A stretch of 64,000 nt of DNA from Bdellovibrionota bacterium (GTDB taxonomy: Bacteria; Bdellovibrionota_C; UBA2361; JAAYZI01): assembly GCA_050950765.1 (NCBI GenBank), contig JBMNIF010000002.1:1188139-1252138 (forward strand), read 5' to 3'. The notes beneath the pieces were generated by a model, which saw only the letters and a list, made by a program, of their open reading frames with translations, was not told the DNA's origin and made no database searches. Of this stretch, positions 39,955 to 49,615 are shown piece after piece (positions within the stretch are counted from its first letter, which is position 1; each line of letters begins with the position of its first letter). A program made the translations under genes and the position numbers.

Positions 39955-40700
39955 AGGCACGGCTGATTTTGGTGCCACCCTTCAGGGACAACTGAACGGG
40001 CTGATACTGAAGACAGAGCCAGCTAGGTCTGGACGGAGGTTAAAAATCTGGTGCCACCCACCAGTGACAGCAGAACGGGCTGAAACTGAAGACAGAACTA
40101 GCTAGGTCTGGACGGAGGTTAAAAAACTGGTGCCACCCACCAGTAAAAAGTGGGTGTCCTAATTGGCGGCTAATAATATCAAGAAGTTAGCAAAAACTTA
40201 AGCTCGGTGAATCTGGTGCCACCCACCAGTTAAAAGTGGGTGTCCTAATTGGCGGCTAATAATATCAATATGTTAGTAAAAGCTTAGGTCTTGGCAGTTT
40301 TGGTGCCACCCTTCAGGGACAGCGGGTCGGGCTGCAACTGCAAATCGAATCGGCTAGGTCTGGACGGAGGTTAAAAATCTGGTGCCACCCTTCAGGGACA
40401 GCAGGACGGGCTGAACTGAAGATAGAACTAGCTAGGTCTGGACGGAGGTTAAAAATCTGGTGCCACCCTTCAGGGACGATTGAACGGGCTGATACTGCAA
40501 AGAGAGCCAGCTAGGTCTGGACGGAGGTTAAAAATTTGGTGCCACCCACCAGTAAAAAGTGGGTGTCCTAATTGGCGGCTAATAATATCAGTATGTTAGT
40601 AAAAGCTTAGGTCTTGGCAGTTTTGGTGCCACCCTTCAGGGAGAACTGAACGGGCTGCAACTACAGACAGAACTAGCTAGGTTTCTACGTAGGTAAAAAG
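39955..40700 (-). repeat. REP-like modular repeat cluster 4 (9 cores, all inverted relative to clusters 2 and 3)
   Basis: GGTGCCACCC at about 39971, 40051, 40129, 40215, 40302, 40381, 40459, 40538, 40625; GTGGGTGTCCTAATT x3; CTAGGTCTGGACGGAGGTTAAAAA x5. Confidence 0.92.
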
Positions 40701-40787
40701 GGCACCCTTTCACCTCCTTCTTTGTAAGAGGTTTTGCAAGGATCGTAAGTCGCGAAAGTAGCAATGTTGCTAATTCTATTGCCCTCT

Positions 40788-43700
40788 TTATAAAAGGTTG
40801 TGCAAGGATCGTAAGTCAGTTTTACCTGTTCCTAGAACGGGGATGGAGTCAATTTCGCGAACCTCTTTTATTCGTACTAGATTAGGGAAACCTGCTGCTC
40901 GCAAAGCATCATTTGCTGCGTCTCTGGAAAGAGGAGAGGTTGTAAAAAGTACTAAATCAGTACGATTACCTTCAGTGCTTTCTCTTGCCAAGACCACGAG
41001 CGGATCGTCGTTTGTCTGTAATCCTGCTGCTAAAGCATTTTCCACAGCGGGTAGGCTGACCATCTCACCTGCAATCTTGGCAAAACGTTTTAACCGACCT
41101 GCTAAAACAAGATTACCTTCCTGTATCTTGCCCAAGTCTCCAGAGTTAAACCAACGCTTGCCATCAATCTCAACAAAGGGGTTTTTAGCTTCTGTGCCTA
41201 GATATCCTGAAAAAACACTATCTCCATGAATAAAAATTAAGCCTGTTTCTCCATCAGGAAGCTTATTAAAATTGTCAGTGTCGACAATCAAGATCTCAAC
41301 ACCTGGAAACGGTTTACCAACGCCGATCTTTTTTTCTCCTGGTATGTTGCCTGATACTATCGGTGAACATTCAGTAATGCCATAACCTTCAATCAGTTTC
41401 ATATTCATCTTTTCTGCAAGGTCTGATAACGATTGCGGAACACTCTCCGCTCCTACAAAGAGTAACTTCAATGTTTTAAAATCATCAAGCTCCCCTGCAT
41501 CTAAGATGCCACGAATAAAAGTTGGCGTTCCGGCTGTAATAGTTGCCTGCCATTTCTTACACGCCTTAGCTAAAAATCTACTTTCATTCGGATTCGGATG
41601 ATATGCCACTCGCACACCCGTTAAAAGCGGAAAGGAGATCGTCGCCATTAAACCGAATGAATGGAAGGGGGGTAAGAATCCGAGAAGGACATTATCAGGA
41701 CTAGGTTTCAACATCTGCGGAGCCCCTGCAACGTTCGTCAACATATTCTTATGAGAAAGAGGAACCCCTTTTGGTACCGTCTCTGATCCACTGGTAAAGA
41801 GGATAGCAAATGTTTCGTCAGGACTTTTTATTTTGGGAGTGACTAAGCTCCAAGGAAGGAACGTTTTGAAGATAGCCTGTACCTTTTTCCCTAAGGAGAT
41901 ATTTTTTTTCAGCTGTTCTAATAAAAGTAGGTGGTTTTCAAGACAGGAGAGATCGAGATCGATCTTATCCAAAAATGCCCCCGCCGTTAAAATTGTGCTC
42001 ACCCCTGATAAATTAAGGGCGTGCTGCAACCCTTGTTGCCCCATCGTCCAATTTATCATAACGGGAACTTTGCCCGCAAAAAGAACTGCTAAGGTTACAA
42101 TAGAAGCTCCGCAAGAAGAAGGTAACATAACGCCGATCCTATCTCCTTGTAGTGTTCTTATCTCTTTTGCTAATAGCTGCACCGCTATTTCAAGTTTGTG
42201 CCAACTGATAACACCACTTACTTCATCTCCCATAGCAGCATATCCGCGCATACGACGCGCTGTTCTGATAAACGCTTCTTGAACTGAATTATGAGTCATT
42301 AAGTACGGTGCAGGACGACCAGCTTTGCTCCAAAACTTCGGTGCCGGTGATAAATCTTTTACGATAGCCCCTTTTCCTTTTCCTCCCATTGCAGCGATCA
42401 CAACTGAAGCTACGGTTTGAAGCTCGGCGATCTCAAGGTCTGTCACACCGTAATTCTCTTCAAGGAGTCGTAAAACCTGCGCAAGCGTTAGAGAATCCAT
42501 ACCGAGATCCGTTCCAAGGTGTTGCGTCAGACTTAACTTATCAGGAGTCGTCTCACATAACGGTGCTAATAGTGCAAAGATCTCTTTTTGTAACTCTTGT
42601 GGTATGCCATCCAACTGCTCTTTTGCAATTTTATTACTTTGCACCTCAGGAAGAACGTTACTCCAACAGCTATATGAGACTAATTGAGTCTTGTCTTCTC
42701 CCTCTTTATTATACCAAAGCTCAAAGAATGAGTTCAGCTCTTGGGCAGAGCCGTTAATCGGTAAGTCTTGCGGCGCTACTTCAAAAGTAATTGTGACGTT
42801 GCGGCGTGGTATAAAAAAGATCAGGTTTTTTACTAAAACTTTTATCGCTGTCTTAAGTGCGGAAAGAAAGGGCGGTGTTGTCCCTGTTAAGGCTGCGGAA
42901 AAGATGCTGCCTCGCAATCCACGCGTTCTAACCATTACAACCTTCGCATTCGGCGCATTCTGCAAGATCTTTTGCAATCCAGAATTACCCTTCAGCCTCT
43001 CAAAGCCAGATCTCATAAGGTGTCCGGAGGGATAAAAGAGTATATTCTCACCACGTTCTAAAGCGGCAGAGATCTCGTTCAATGTAGCATCCAGCCTCTG
43101 TCTAGCGTAATAGCCGTAACGTTTCTCCATGTCCGGCATTGAGATGGCGCGAACGATACGCATAACGGTATGAACTATCGGCAAATGGTAATAGCGCTCC
43201 GTAATAACTGGTCTAATCGGGGCTAAACGCCAGATCATCGAGCATAAAATTATAGGGTCAGTTTCAGCAGGATGGTTCGGCGCAAATAGAATCCCCTTTG
43301 TACCAACACTCTCTTTAAGGTTATCAAATCCAGAAACGGTAACGTTATAACGTAACTTAAGTGCATGTCGTAGTAGTGAGACTAAACGGCGCTTTGTCCA
43401 CGAATCACCTTCAACACAAAAGATTGAAGAGCTGATTATGGCAGAGAAGAGAGAAACGATAGCAAATAAGGTAAATTGAGTTTCTAGTGATAAAAGATCT
43501 TCGTGTATGCAGTAAGCTACTAAGAGCCCTAACGTAGCTGGCACTAAAGATGTGCCTGCGCTTAGAAGTGCAGCGCCAGATCCTTCCCGTTTATCGTTAT
43601 AAACACGTCTGAAATACTCTGCTTCAATCAAGTTAGTTGTCACACCGAAAAAGAAGCCGAAGATAACCATTAAAGAGGCGAGGAACCAGTAGATCTGCGA

Positions 43701-44606
43701 GGTCTGAAAAGATGGTTTAAGTGCATTAACTAGGTGCGGTATGCCCCAGATAATAGCTGTCATAAAAAAACAGGAAAAGGGAACTACCTTTGTTCTGAAC
43801 CTGACCAATTTTGCAGCTAACATATTTCCAGAGATAATTCCTATTACAGGATATACCGCCATCAAGCTACACTCCGAGCTATCTCCTAATCCAGCTAACT
43901 CCGAATACGCCACGATGGCTAAACTGGCAGTACACCCAACACCCCACAATAACGAGCTGGCGGTGATGTACTTAATATTTTTCTTAAAAAGGATCCCTGT
44001 GTCTGCGATTAAAGTTTTAGTTGCTTCTTTAAATGGTAGTAAGTGGTCAGCTTCACGTTCGTAGCGCCACAAAAATCCGAAAAATGCAGAGGTCAGAAAT
44101 GAGATATAGATAATTGCCTCGCCAAAGGGGAGGGACTCTTCGGCGAATTTAGCTCCCGCTGGAATTCCACCTAATAAGCCTAAAATATAAGTTGTGTTTA
44201 AGACACCATTAACTGTCTCTGTTGAGCAATTTCCGTGTATGGCTTGCATAGGCACCGCTGCATTTTTAGCAGGATTAAAGATGCCTGTTAGAAGCCCTGT
44301 AATAAAGAGGTAGAGCCAGATTCCTCCGTACCAATTAGTTTGCATGCCGATAAAAAGAACAAGCGCTGTCGAAAGTCCGGAGAAGAGCATGATATACCGT
44401 TTTTTGTAAGCTGATGCCATAGCAGCAGCAACGATATACATTAAGAAGGGACCGATAGTTAGTAGTGCTCCGATCACTTGAATGATCCAGTCCTTAGACC
44501 CCGCCGGAAAGTTACGACTGACATCGGTCAGTAAAAAAAACTTAACATAACCTAAACCAAAACCGGCAGAGAGGGCTGCTATCGCCAAATAAAACAATCT
44601 AATCAA
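40788..44606 (-). CDS. MFS(LplT)-acyltransferase-ACP-acyl-ACP synthetase fusion (Aas-like)
   Basis: About 400-aa MFS (IFNPAK), PlsC motifs NHPAETD and FYPSG, ACP motif DLGMDSL, AMP-binding FTSGSETVPKGVPLSH, EGYGITE, SGDLG, GRLKRFAKIAGEMVSL, LGTGKTD. Confidence 0.9.
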   Translation of the reverse strand: MIRLFYLAIAALSAGFGLGYVKFFLLTDVSRNFPAGSKDWIIQVIGALLTIGPFLMYIVAAAMASAYKKRYIMLFSGLSTALVLFIGMQTNWYGGIWLYLFITGLLTGIFNPAKNAAVPMQAIHGNCSTETVNGVLNTTYILGLLGGIPAGAKFAEESLPFGEAIIYISFLTSAFFGFLWRYEREADHLLPFKEATKTLIADTGILFKKNIKYITASSLLWGVGCTASLAIVAYSELAGLGDSSECSLMAVYPVIGIISGNMLAAKLVRFRTKVVPFSCFFMTAIIWGIPHLVNALKPSFQTSQIYWFLASLMVIFGFFFGVTTNLIEAEYFRRVYNDKREGSGAALLSAGTSLVPATLGLLVAYCIHEDLLSLETQFTLFAIVSLFSAIISSSIFCVEGDSWTKRRLVSLLRHALKLRYNVTVSGFDNLKESVGTKGILFAPNHPAETDPIILCSMIWRLAPIRPVITERYYHLPIVHTVMRIVRAISMPDMEKRYGYYARQRLDATLNEISAALERGENILFYPSGHLMRSGFERLKGNSGLQKILQNAPNAKVVMVRTRGLRGSIFSAALTGTTPPFLSALKTAIKVLVKNLIFFIPRRNVTITFEVAPQDLPINGSAQELNSFFELWYNKEGEDKTQLVSYSCWSNVLPEVQSNKIAKEQLDGIPQELQKEIFALLAPLCETTPDKLSLTQHLGTDLGMDSLTLAQVLRLLEENYGVTDLEIAELQTVASVVIAAMGGKGKGAIVKDLSPAPKFWSKAGRPAPYLMTHNSVQEAFIRTARRMRGYAAMGDEVSGVISWHKLEIAVQLLAKEIRTLQGDRIGVMLPSSCGASIVTLAVLFAGKVPVMINWTMGQQGLQHALNLSGVSTILTAGAFLDKIDLDLSCLENHLLLLEQLKKNISLGKKVQAIFKTFLPWSLVTPKIKSPDETFAILFTSGSETVPKGVPLSHKNMLTNVAGAPQMLKPSPDNVLLGFLPPFHSFGLMATISFPLLTGVRVAYHPNPNESRFLAKACKKWQATITAGTPTFIRGILDAGELDDFKTLKLLFVGAESVPQSLSDLAEKMNMKLIEGYGITECSPIVSGNIPGEKKIGVGKPFPGVEILIVDTDNFNKLPDGETGLIFIHGDSVFSGYLGTEAKNPFVEIDGKRWFNSGDLGKIQEGNLVLAGRLKRFAKIAGEMVSLPAVENALAAGLQTNDDPLVVLARESTEGNRTDLVLFTTSPLSRDAANDALRAAGFPNLVRIKEVREIDSIPVLGTGKTDLRSLHNLL

Positions 44607-44632
44607 GGTTCACGTCCTTAAAATATAGTAAT

Positions 44633-44759
44633 CAGATAAGCCAAACACGTCCTAAAGGGTAAAAGTACTACAACCACGAGACAAGCTAAGCACGTCCTAA
44701 GGGTAAAAGTACTACAACCACCAGATAAGCCAAATAGGATCTATAAGGGGTAACGTACT
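44633..44759 (+). repeat. Short ~44-bp tandem repeat (about 2.8 copies) upstream of the aas-like gene
   Basis: AAGC.AA.CACGTCCTAA(A)GGGTAAAAGTACTACAACCAC twice (44633-44677, 44678-44721), then a decayed third copy. Confidence 0.8.
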
Positions 44760-45234
44760 GATGATCCGTTAGAACGTCGGCTCCAGAGTAAGCTACAACA
44801 TAAGATTATAAGTAATAACAGTAAATTGTAATATGCTCAATTCTGTTCCCCCCTTTTACTGCCAATAACTTAAAACATCAAATAAGGTAAAATGCTCTTT
44901 CTATTACCTTTTTTACATTTTCTCCGTTTATATAAGTGGATTTTTGCGACGATTTTCTCTCTCTTTCGCGTTACCTTTAAGGCGTTACTTTTAGGGCACG
45001 GGCACTTTTTTAGATATTTTCTGTACTAATTATTTTAATGGGGTAATAATGTTTGGGATCACTTTTCGTTTCCAACACGATTAAAAGCACGAAGGTGGGA
45101 TAGTATTCCTTTAAGGTAATATTATTAAATAGTACCGTAAATAATACAGTAAATACCGTGAAGGATATTTGCAAAGAATAGTGATTTTTTAAGCTTTTAT
45201 TTAGCAAGATAAAGATAATTTATCGGGAGATGAT

Positions 45235-47568
45235 GTGATGGGTGCAGCTACTGTTACTAATACTGACAACAAAGAGGAAACGTCTGGTGCTGTTACAGTT
45301 AAAGGGGAGGTGCCTGCTGGTAATGTTCTTAGTGTAAATATTGAAAATATCTTAGAAAACGCAGAGATAACAATTAAACGGTTTGAAATTCAGGAGGCTA
45401 ATCGTCATGAGCAATCAAATACTATTCATCAAGATAATGTAGCACAAAAAGAGTCCCTTGCTTACTATTACAATTCAAAAGAAAGTGAAATTCAAACTTC
45501 GAAAACTATAACGGTAGGATCTAAAGAAAATCAGCAACAGGAGGGTAGCGTTTACTCTTCAGATGTAGCAGCTGCAAGTCTAGTCAGAGGAAATAATATA
45601 TCTGTGAACGTAGATGCGCCTGAAGCGCCTGAGCTAGCGAATGTAAATCAAGTTTCAACTGATCAAATATGGAAAGGGAGTCTTCCGAATACTACCATTG
45701 CCACAGATGGTGCTACCAGCGAGTATTCCTTTGGTATTACGGCAAGAGATGGCGCTGGCGAGTATTCCATTGCTGCTAATGCGGGGGAAAATTTTTCAAT
45801 CGTAAATGCGGGTGGAACAGGGGATCTTGAGGTATCAGACCTGAACACGTCTAATTCCGTAGAAGAAGCAAATCCTCAAACGCCAGTAGATAAAACTGGC
45901 GAAAGAAGAAAAGGGAGTCCTGCAACTCGTACAGCACCCTATAGACCTAGAAATTTAAACAACTTTAAGACATCAGTCCCCCAAAATACGCCGCTAAATG
46001 GCGATTCTAAAAAAGCATCAGGTCAAAAACCAGAAACAAGCAGGAAAAATGAAGACCCTTCAACTTCCGCCGATCAAGAAGTGGATAACGGAACAGGTGA
46101 TCCTACCCCAGACCCCAAAAAAACGCAGCCAGATGACGATCCTAAAAAAGCATCAGGTGGACGACCAAAACCAAAGAGAAAAGGGGGAGGAGGTACAAAT
46201 GCAGGAGTTAGGAAAAAACCAAAACCATCCCCTGACCCTGACCCTATAAAAGATCCTACCTCAGATCCTACCCAATCAAGGTGCGAAGGAGTTGATTTTA
46301 AAAACTTAACTAGTCTTGAAAAACAACGAGTTAAAGAAACACTAAGCTACTTTGGAATAGATCCGGAACAGAGCTTAAAAAATGAAAGTGAGACGTTAGA
46401 GGCAGCTATTACTAAGCAACCTGATGGCTCTACGGAGATCGAGATAAAGGATATTCAGAAAAACATTCAGGGAAAAGATGATAAGGGTACTTGGACTAAA
46501 TTATCTATTAAAGAGACTGGAGGGGTTTATGAAATTAAATTAACAGGTGAGCCGACTCAATCAGGTGATCCTGTACCTTGCTTGGAATTTATTGCTAATA
46601 AATCAGATACTGAGGATGTTAGAAATGCCTTCGCTAAGATCGGGGAAATTCTGGAAGATAGAAACGAGACACCACCAGAAACGAATGCAAAATTAGTAAA
46701 GGATATTTTACACAACAGTAGTAAAAGTGGCGTCTCCCTTAAAAGTATCGAAAATTTAAATTTAAAAGGGCTTAATTTTCTAGAGAAAAAAGGAGTTTTT
46801 GATCTGTCAGATGTAACGATTAAAAATTGTACATTTGAAGATTGTTTTTGGAAGATAAAGGGGGAAAATTTAAAAGTTGGAAATTGCACCTTTAAAGGGG
46901 GATTAGTTCACGCAAAGTGCTCAAATAGCTGCTTCTTAAATATTGATGCAAAAGGTCTTAAGCTTGAAGGCAGGTGGGAGAATAGTCTTATTACCGTTAA
47001 AAACGGTGCTGATAAGATTAACGCCTGTGGAATAACAGAAGAGGGAGCGCTACCTATTGTGCTGGCTACGGATATGAAGATCGATGGTAATACAACCGTA
47101 GGACAATTTATTATGCCAGAGGCGGGGAAGGAATTTTCTTCTAAAGCTGCTGTGGCTAAGATCTTAAGTAAAATTGAAGGAATGGATCAGACCGAATCAG
47201 AGGCGTTTCGAACAGAGCTTGAAAATAAGCTAACAGGGTTTACTTATAATACGGGAGTACTATCCGAGAATCCAAGTGGATATTGGGGTGTTTTAAGAGC
47301 TGCCTCTCAAGATATCCCTGATAATGGACCTGTCGTATATGACCCTAAAACTTACCTAGATGCACTTACGGAGGCAGGGCTGGCAAAATCAGATGTTGTC
47401 TTTATGTCTTCCAATAATACTTATGAGACAATTTACCGAGTAGGTCGTACACCAATTTGGATTGATAAAGATAATAAGGGCGATACCATATACAAAATAA
47501 TGAGGAAGGGAAAATGGACACCTATCTCTTGGGAAGAATTTTATAAGAGCCTTTCCCAAGCAGCCTAA
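45235..47568 (+). CDS. Hypothetical 777-aa protein with a low-complexity Pro/Lys/Asp linker and a possible pentapeptide/beta-helix segment
   Basis: Long ORF with GGGAG RBS; disordered central region; LSDVTIKNCTFEDC..LKVGNCTFKGG repeats; no clear family. Confidence 0.75.
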   Translation: MMGAATVTNTDNKEETSGAVTVKGEVPAGNVLSVNIENILENAEITIKRFEIQEANRHEQSNTIHQDNVAQKESLAYYYNSKESEIQTSKTITVGSKENQQQEGSVYSSDVAAASLVRGNNISVNVDAPEAPELANVNQVSTDQIWKGSLPNTTIATDGATSEYSFGITARDGAGEYSIAANAGENFSIVNAGGTGDLEVSDLNTSNSVEEANPQTPVDKTGERRKGSPATRTAPYRPRNLNNFKTSVPQNTPLNGDSKKASGQKPETSRKNEDPSTSADQEVDNGTGDPTPDPKKTQPDDDPKKASGGRPKPKRKGGGGTNAGVRKKPKPSPDPDPIKDPTSDPTQSRCEGVDFKNLTSLEKQRVKETLSYFGIDPEQSLKNESETLEAAITKQPDGSTEIEIKDIQKNIQGKDDKGTWTKLSIKETGGVYEIKLTGEPTQSGDPVPCLEFIANKSDTEDVRNAFAKIGEILEDRNETPPETNAKLVKDILHNSSKSGVSLKSIENLNLKGLNFLEKKGVFDLSDVTIKNCTFEDCFWKIKGENLKVGNCTFKGGLVHAKCSNSCFLNIDAKGLKLEGRWENSLITVKNGADKINACGITEEGALPIVLATDMKIDGNTTVGQFIMPEAGKEFSSKAAVAKILSKIEGMDQTESEAFRTELENKLTGFTYNTGVLSENPSGYWGVLRAASQDIPDNGPVVYDPKTYLDALTEAGLAKSDVVFMSSNNTYETIYRVGRTPIWIDKDNKGDTIYKIMRKGKWTPISWEEFYKSLSQAA

Positions 47569-47583
47569 ACACTTTCCAATTTT

Positions 47584-47617
47584 GCGATCTTGCTATCCTA
47601 TCTGATAGCAAGATCGC
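47584..47617. terminator. Probable bidirectional hairpin between convergent genes
   Basis: 14-bp perfect inverted repeat GCGATCTTGCTATC / GATAGCAAGATCGC with a 6-nt loop; U-tracts are weak. Confidence 0.65.
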
Positions 47618-47622
47618 CGATG

Positions 47623-49521
47623 CTAAAAGATATCGATCAAGGAGCCTAAGCCTTTAGTCTTTTCCGAATTATCGAGTAGTTTCTTTACGCCCTCTTTAGC
47701 AGCTGTTTTCGCTGTAAGTTTTAAGAGGCTATCAGTATCAGGGCGAAGCTTAATAGCGCTAGGGGTGCCGTCTATCTTTAACGGGATAGCGAGCCTACCT
47801 TGATTGTCTAAAGCCGATTTAAGCTCTTTTACGCGAGAGGCGATTGAGGCGGAGAGCTTTTTCGAAAAATAGATGGTTGTTTTTAAATTAAAACCGTCAC
47901 GTAGGTGATACGTGCCGTTACCTTCAAGGGTAAAGATATCACTTACTAAGGAAAGCTTATTAAGTTTTACAGTATGCCCCTGAATAGAGATAGCGGAGTC
48001 AAGAGATTTAATAACAGTAGTATCTTTCGCCATGATAGCACTTATCTCTTGAGTAGCATCTTGCGAAAGTGCGCTTTTAAAAAGTGGATTAGTGGAGAGA
48101 TCGCTTAAAACACCTTTTGCAATGTTTATCTGCGTTAAATGACCATCTGTAACTTTAAGAACGGCAGCACCGTTTAACGTCTTGATCAGGTCAGGACCTG
48201 CTACCCCTTTTATGTTGGCAGTAAGAGAATTGAGAGTTCCTGAAATAAGAGGTGGTGCTTTCGGTGCAACCGCCTTCAAGGCGCTACCGATATCAAGCGC
48301 TGTTAGGGCAGCTTTACCAGAAAAAGATCTTTCAGTTGTAACAAATTTGCCGAGAAGGTTTAAAGTGCCAGCAAAAAGATTGGCAGTTAAACTATCCAGT
48401 GTAAAAACAGAAGCTTGATAATTTGACTTCATTTTTAAGGTGATAGGGGCGTTGTTTAACGATAGCTTTAAAGGGTCTATCGTAATGATCTGTTTCTCTT
48501 CTTCCTGTAATCTAATCGCACCCGAGAGATCCTTAATTGAAAACCCCGCTACTTTTGTTTGAATGTTGTTTAAATTAATAGTGCCATCCAATAACGGCAA
48601 TCCGACCTGCGCTAACGCAATGTGCAGAGCAAGATCAAGTGAGCCCGTCAACTCCTTCACGGGAAGGTTCGGAACAAAAGCAGTAGCCAACTTTAATCCT
48701 TTAGAGAGGTCGAAGTGTGATTTTTCAATGGTTGCCTCTCCTTCAGTTGGAGACTTGACCTTTGCTTTTGCTGCAAGGGAACCAGCAGGGGTGTTAAGTG
48801 TGATGTTGTTGATGTTGAGCGCAGAGTTTTTAAGGTTATAAACGATGCCTTTATAAGAAACGGAAAACGGTTCGGAGTTTAATGTTGTCGAAGCAGCGCC
48901 GTGATCTAAGTTAACCTTTGAATCTGTCACGTTTAAAGCGGTTTTAAAGTTGAGATCGTCCGCCTTAAAGGTTCTGCCAGAAAGAGTGTCTTTAAAAGTT
49001 ACTAAGCCGTTTTTAAGGGTGACAGAATTTAGTTTAATATCTAAAGGGATCTCTTTGTTAGAGGGTGTTGTAGAAGTAGAAGGTGCCTCTTTGGAATCAG
49101 TAGGAAGAGGTGCTTTCTCTTCTTTGGGTATTTTGGTTTTTCGTGGCAGCCCTTCTAGATAAACACCAGCACTATCTTTTATAAGTGAGAGGTGCGGTGC
49201 TGAAAGCTCAATATTAGTAATGTCCGCTGTTTTCTTGAGGAGTGGAAGAAGTTTTAATGAGATGAAAAAATTATTAAAACCAGCATTACTATTATTGTCA
49301 CCGACCTGAACGTCTTTAACTGAAACCCCTAAAGGGATAAAACTTGCTTCTAAAGATCCAAACTTTACATCCGTTCCTAGCGCTTTTGAAGCTACACTTT
49401 CTAACTTGTCGCGATTACTTTCAATTAAGGAGTTTACATTTGAAAGTAGAAAAACTATTGCTGTAACAGTGATTACAATTAAAATAGTTAAAATAAAAAT
49501 TATCTTTTTTGTTTTTTTCAT
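47623..49521 (-). CDS. AsmA-family protein
   Basis: N-terminal TM anchor, ASKALG..V.FG, LKLLPLL, beta-taco repeats (ANLFAGTL, G.L..IN), C-terminal IPLKIDGT. Confidence 0.85.
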   Translation of the reverse strand: MKKTKKIIFILTILIVITVTAIVFLLSNVNSLIESNRDKLESVASKALGTDVKFGSLEASFIPLGVSVKDVQVGDNNSNAGFNNFFISLKLLPLLKKTADITNIELSAPHLSLIKDSAGVYLEGLPRKTKIPKEEKAPLPTDSKEAPSTSTTPSNKEIPLDIKLNSVTLKNGLVTFKDTLSGRTFKADDLNFKTALNVTDSKVNLDHGAASTTLNSEPFSVSYKGIVYNLKNSALNINNITLNTPAGSLAAKAKVKSPTEGEATIEKSHFDLSKGLKLATAFVPNLPVKELTGSLDLALHIALAQVGLPLLDGTINLNNIQTKVAGFSIKDLSGAIRLQEEEKQIITIDPLKLSLNNAPITLKMKSNYQASVFTLDSLTANLFAGTLNLLGKFVTTERSFSGKAALTALDIGSALKAVAPKAPPLISGTLNSLTANIKGVAGPDLIKTLNGAAVLKVTDGHLTQINIAKGVLSDLSTNPLFKSALSQDATQEISAIMAKDTTVIKSLDSAISIQGHTVKLNKLSLVSDIFTLEGNGTYHLRDGFNLKTTIYFSKKLSASIASRVKELKSALDNQGRLAIPLKIDGTPSAIKLRPDTDSLLKLTAKTAAKEGVKKLLDNSEKTKGLGSLIDIF

Positions 49522-49615
49522 AAGACTCCTTAGCTTGAAGTGAAACCTCTTCTCTTTCTTTTTAATACTTAAGCAACGCTTTTAACAAGAAGCGCCCCCT
49601 AAGTTATCCTGAAAG

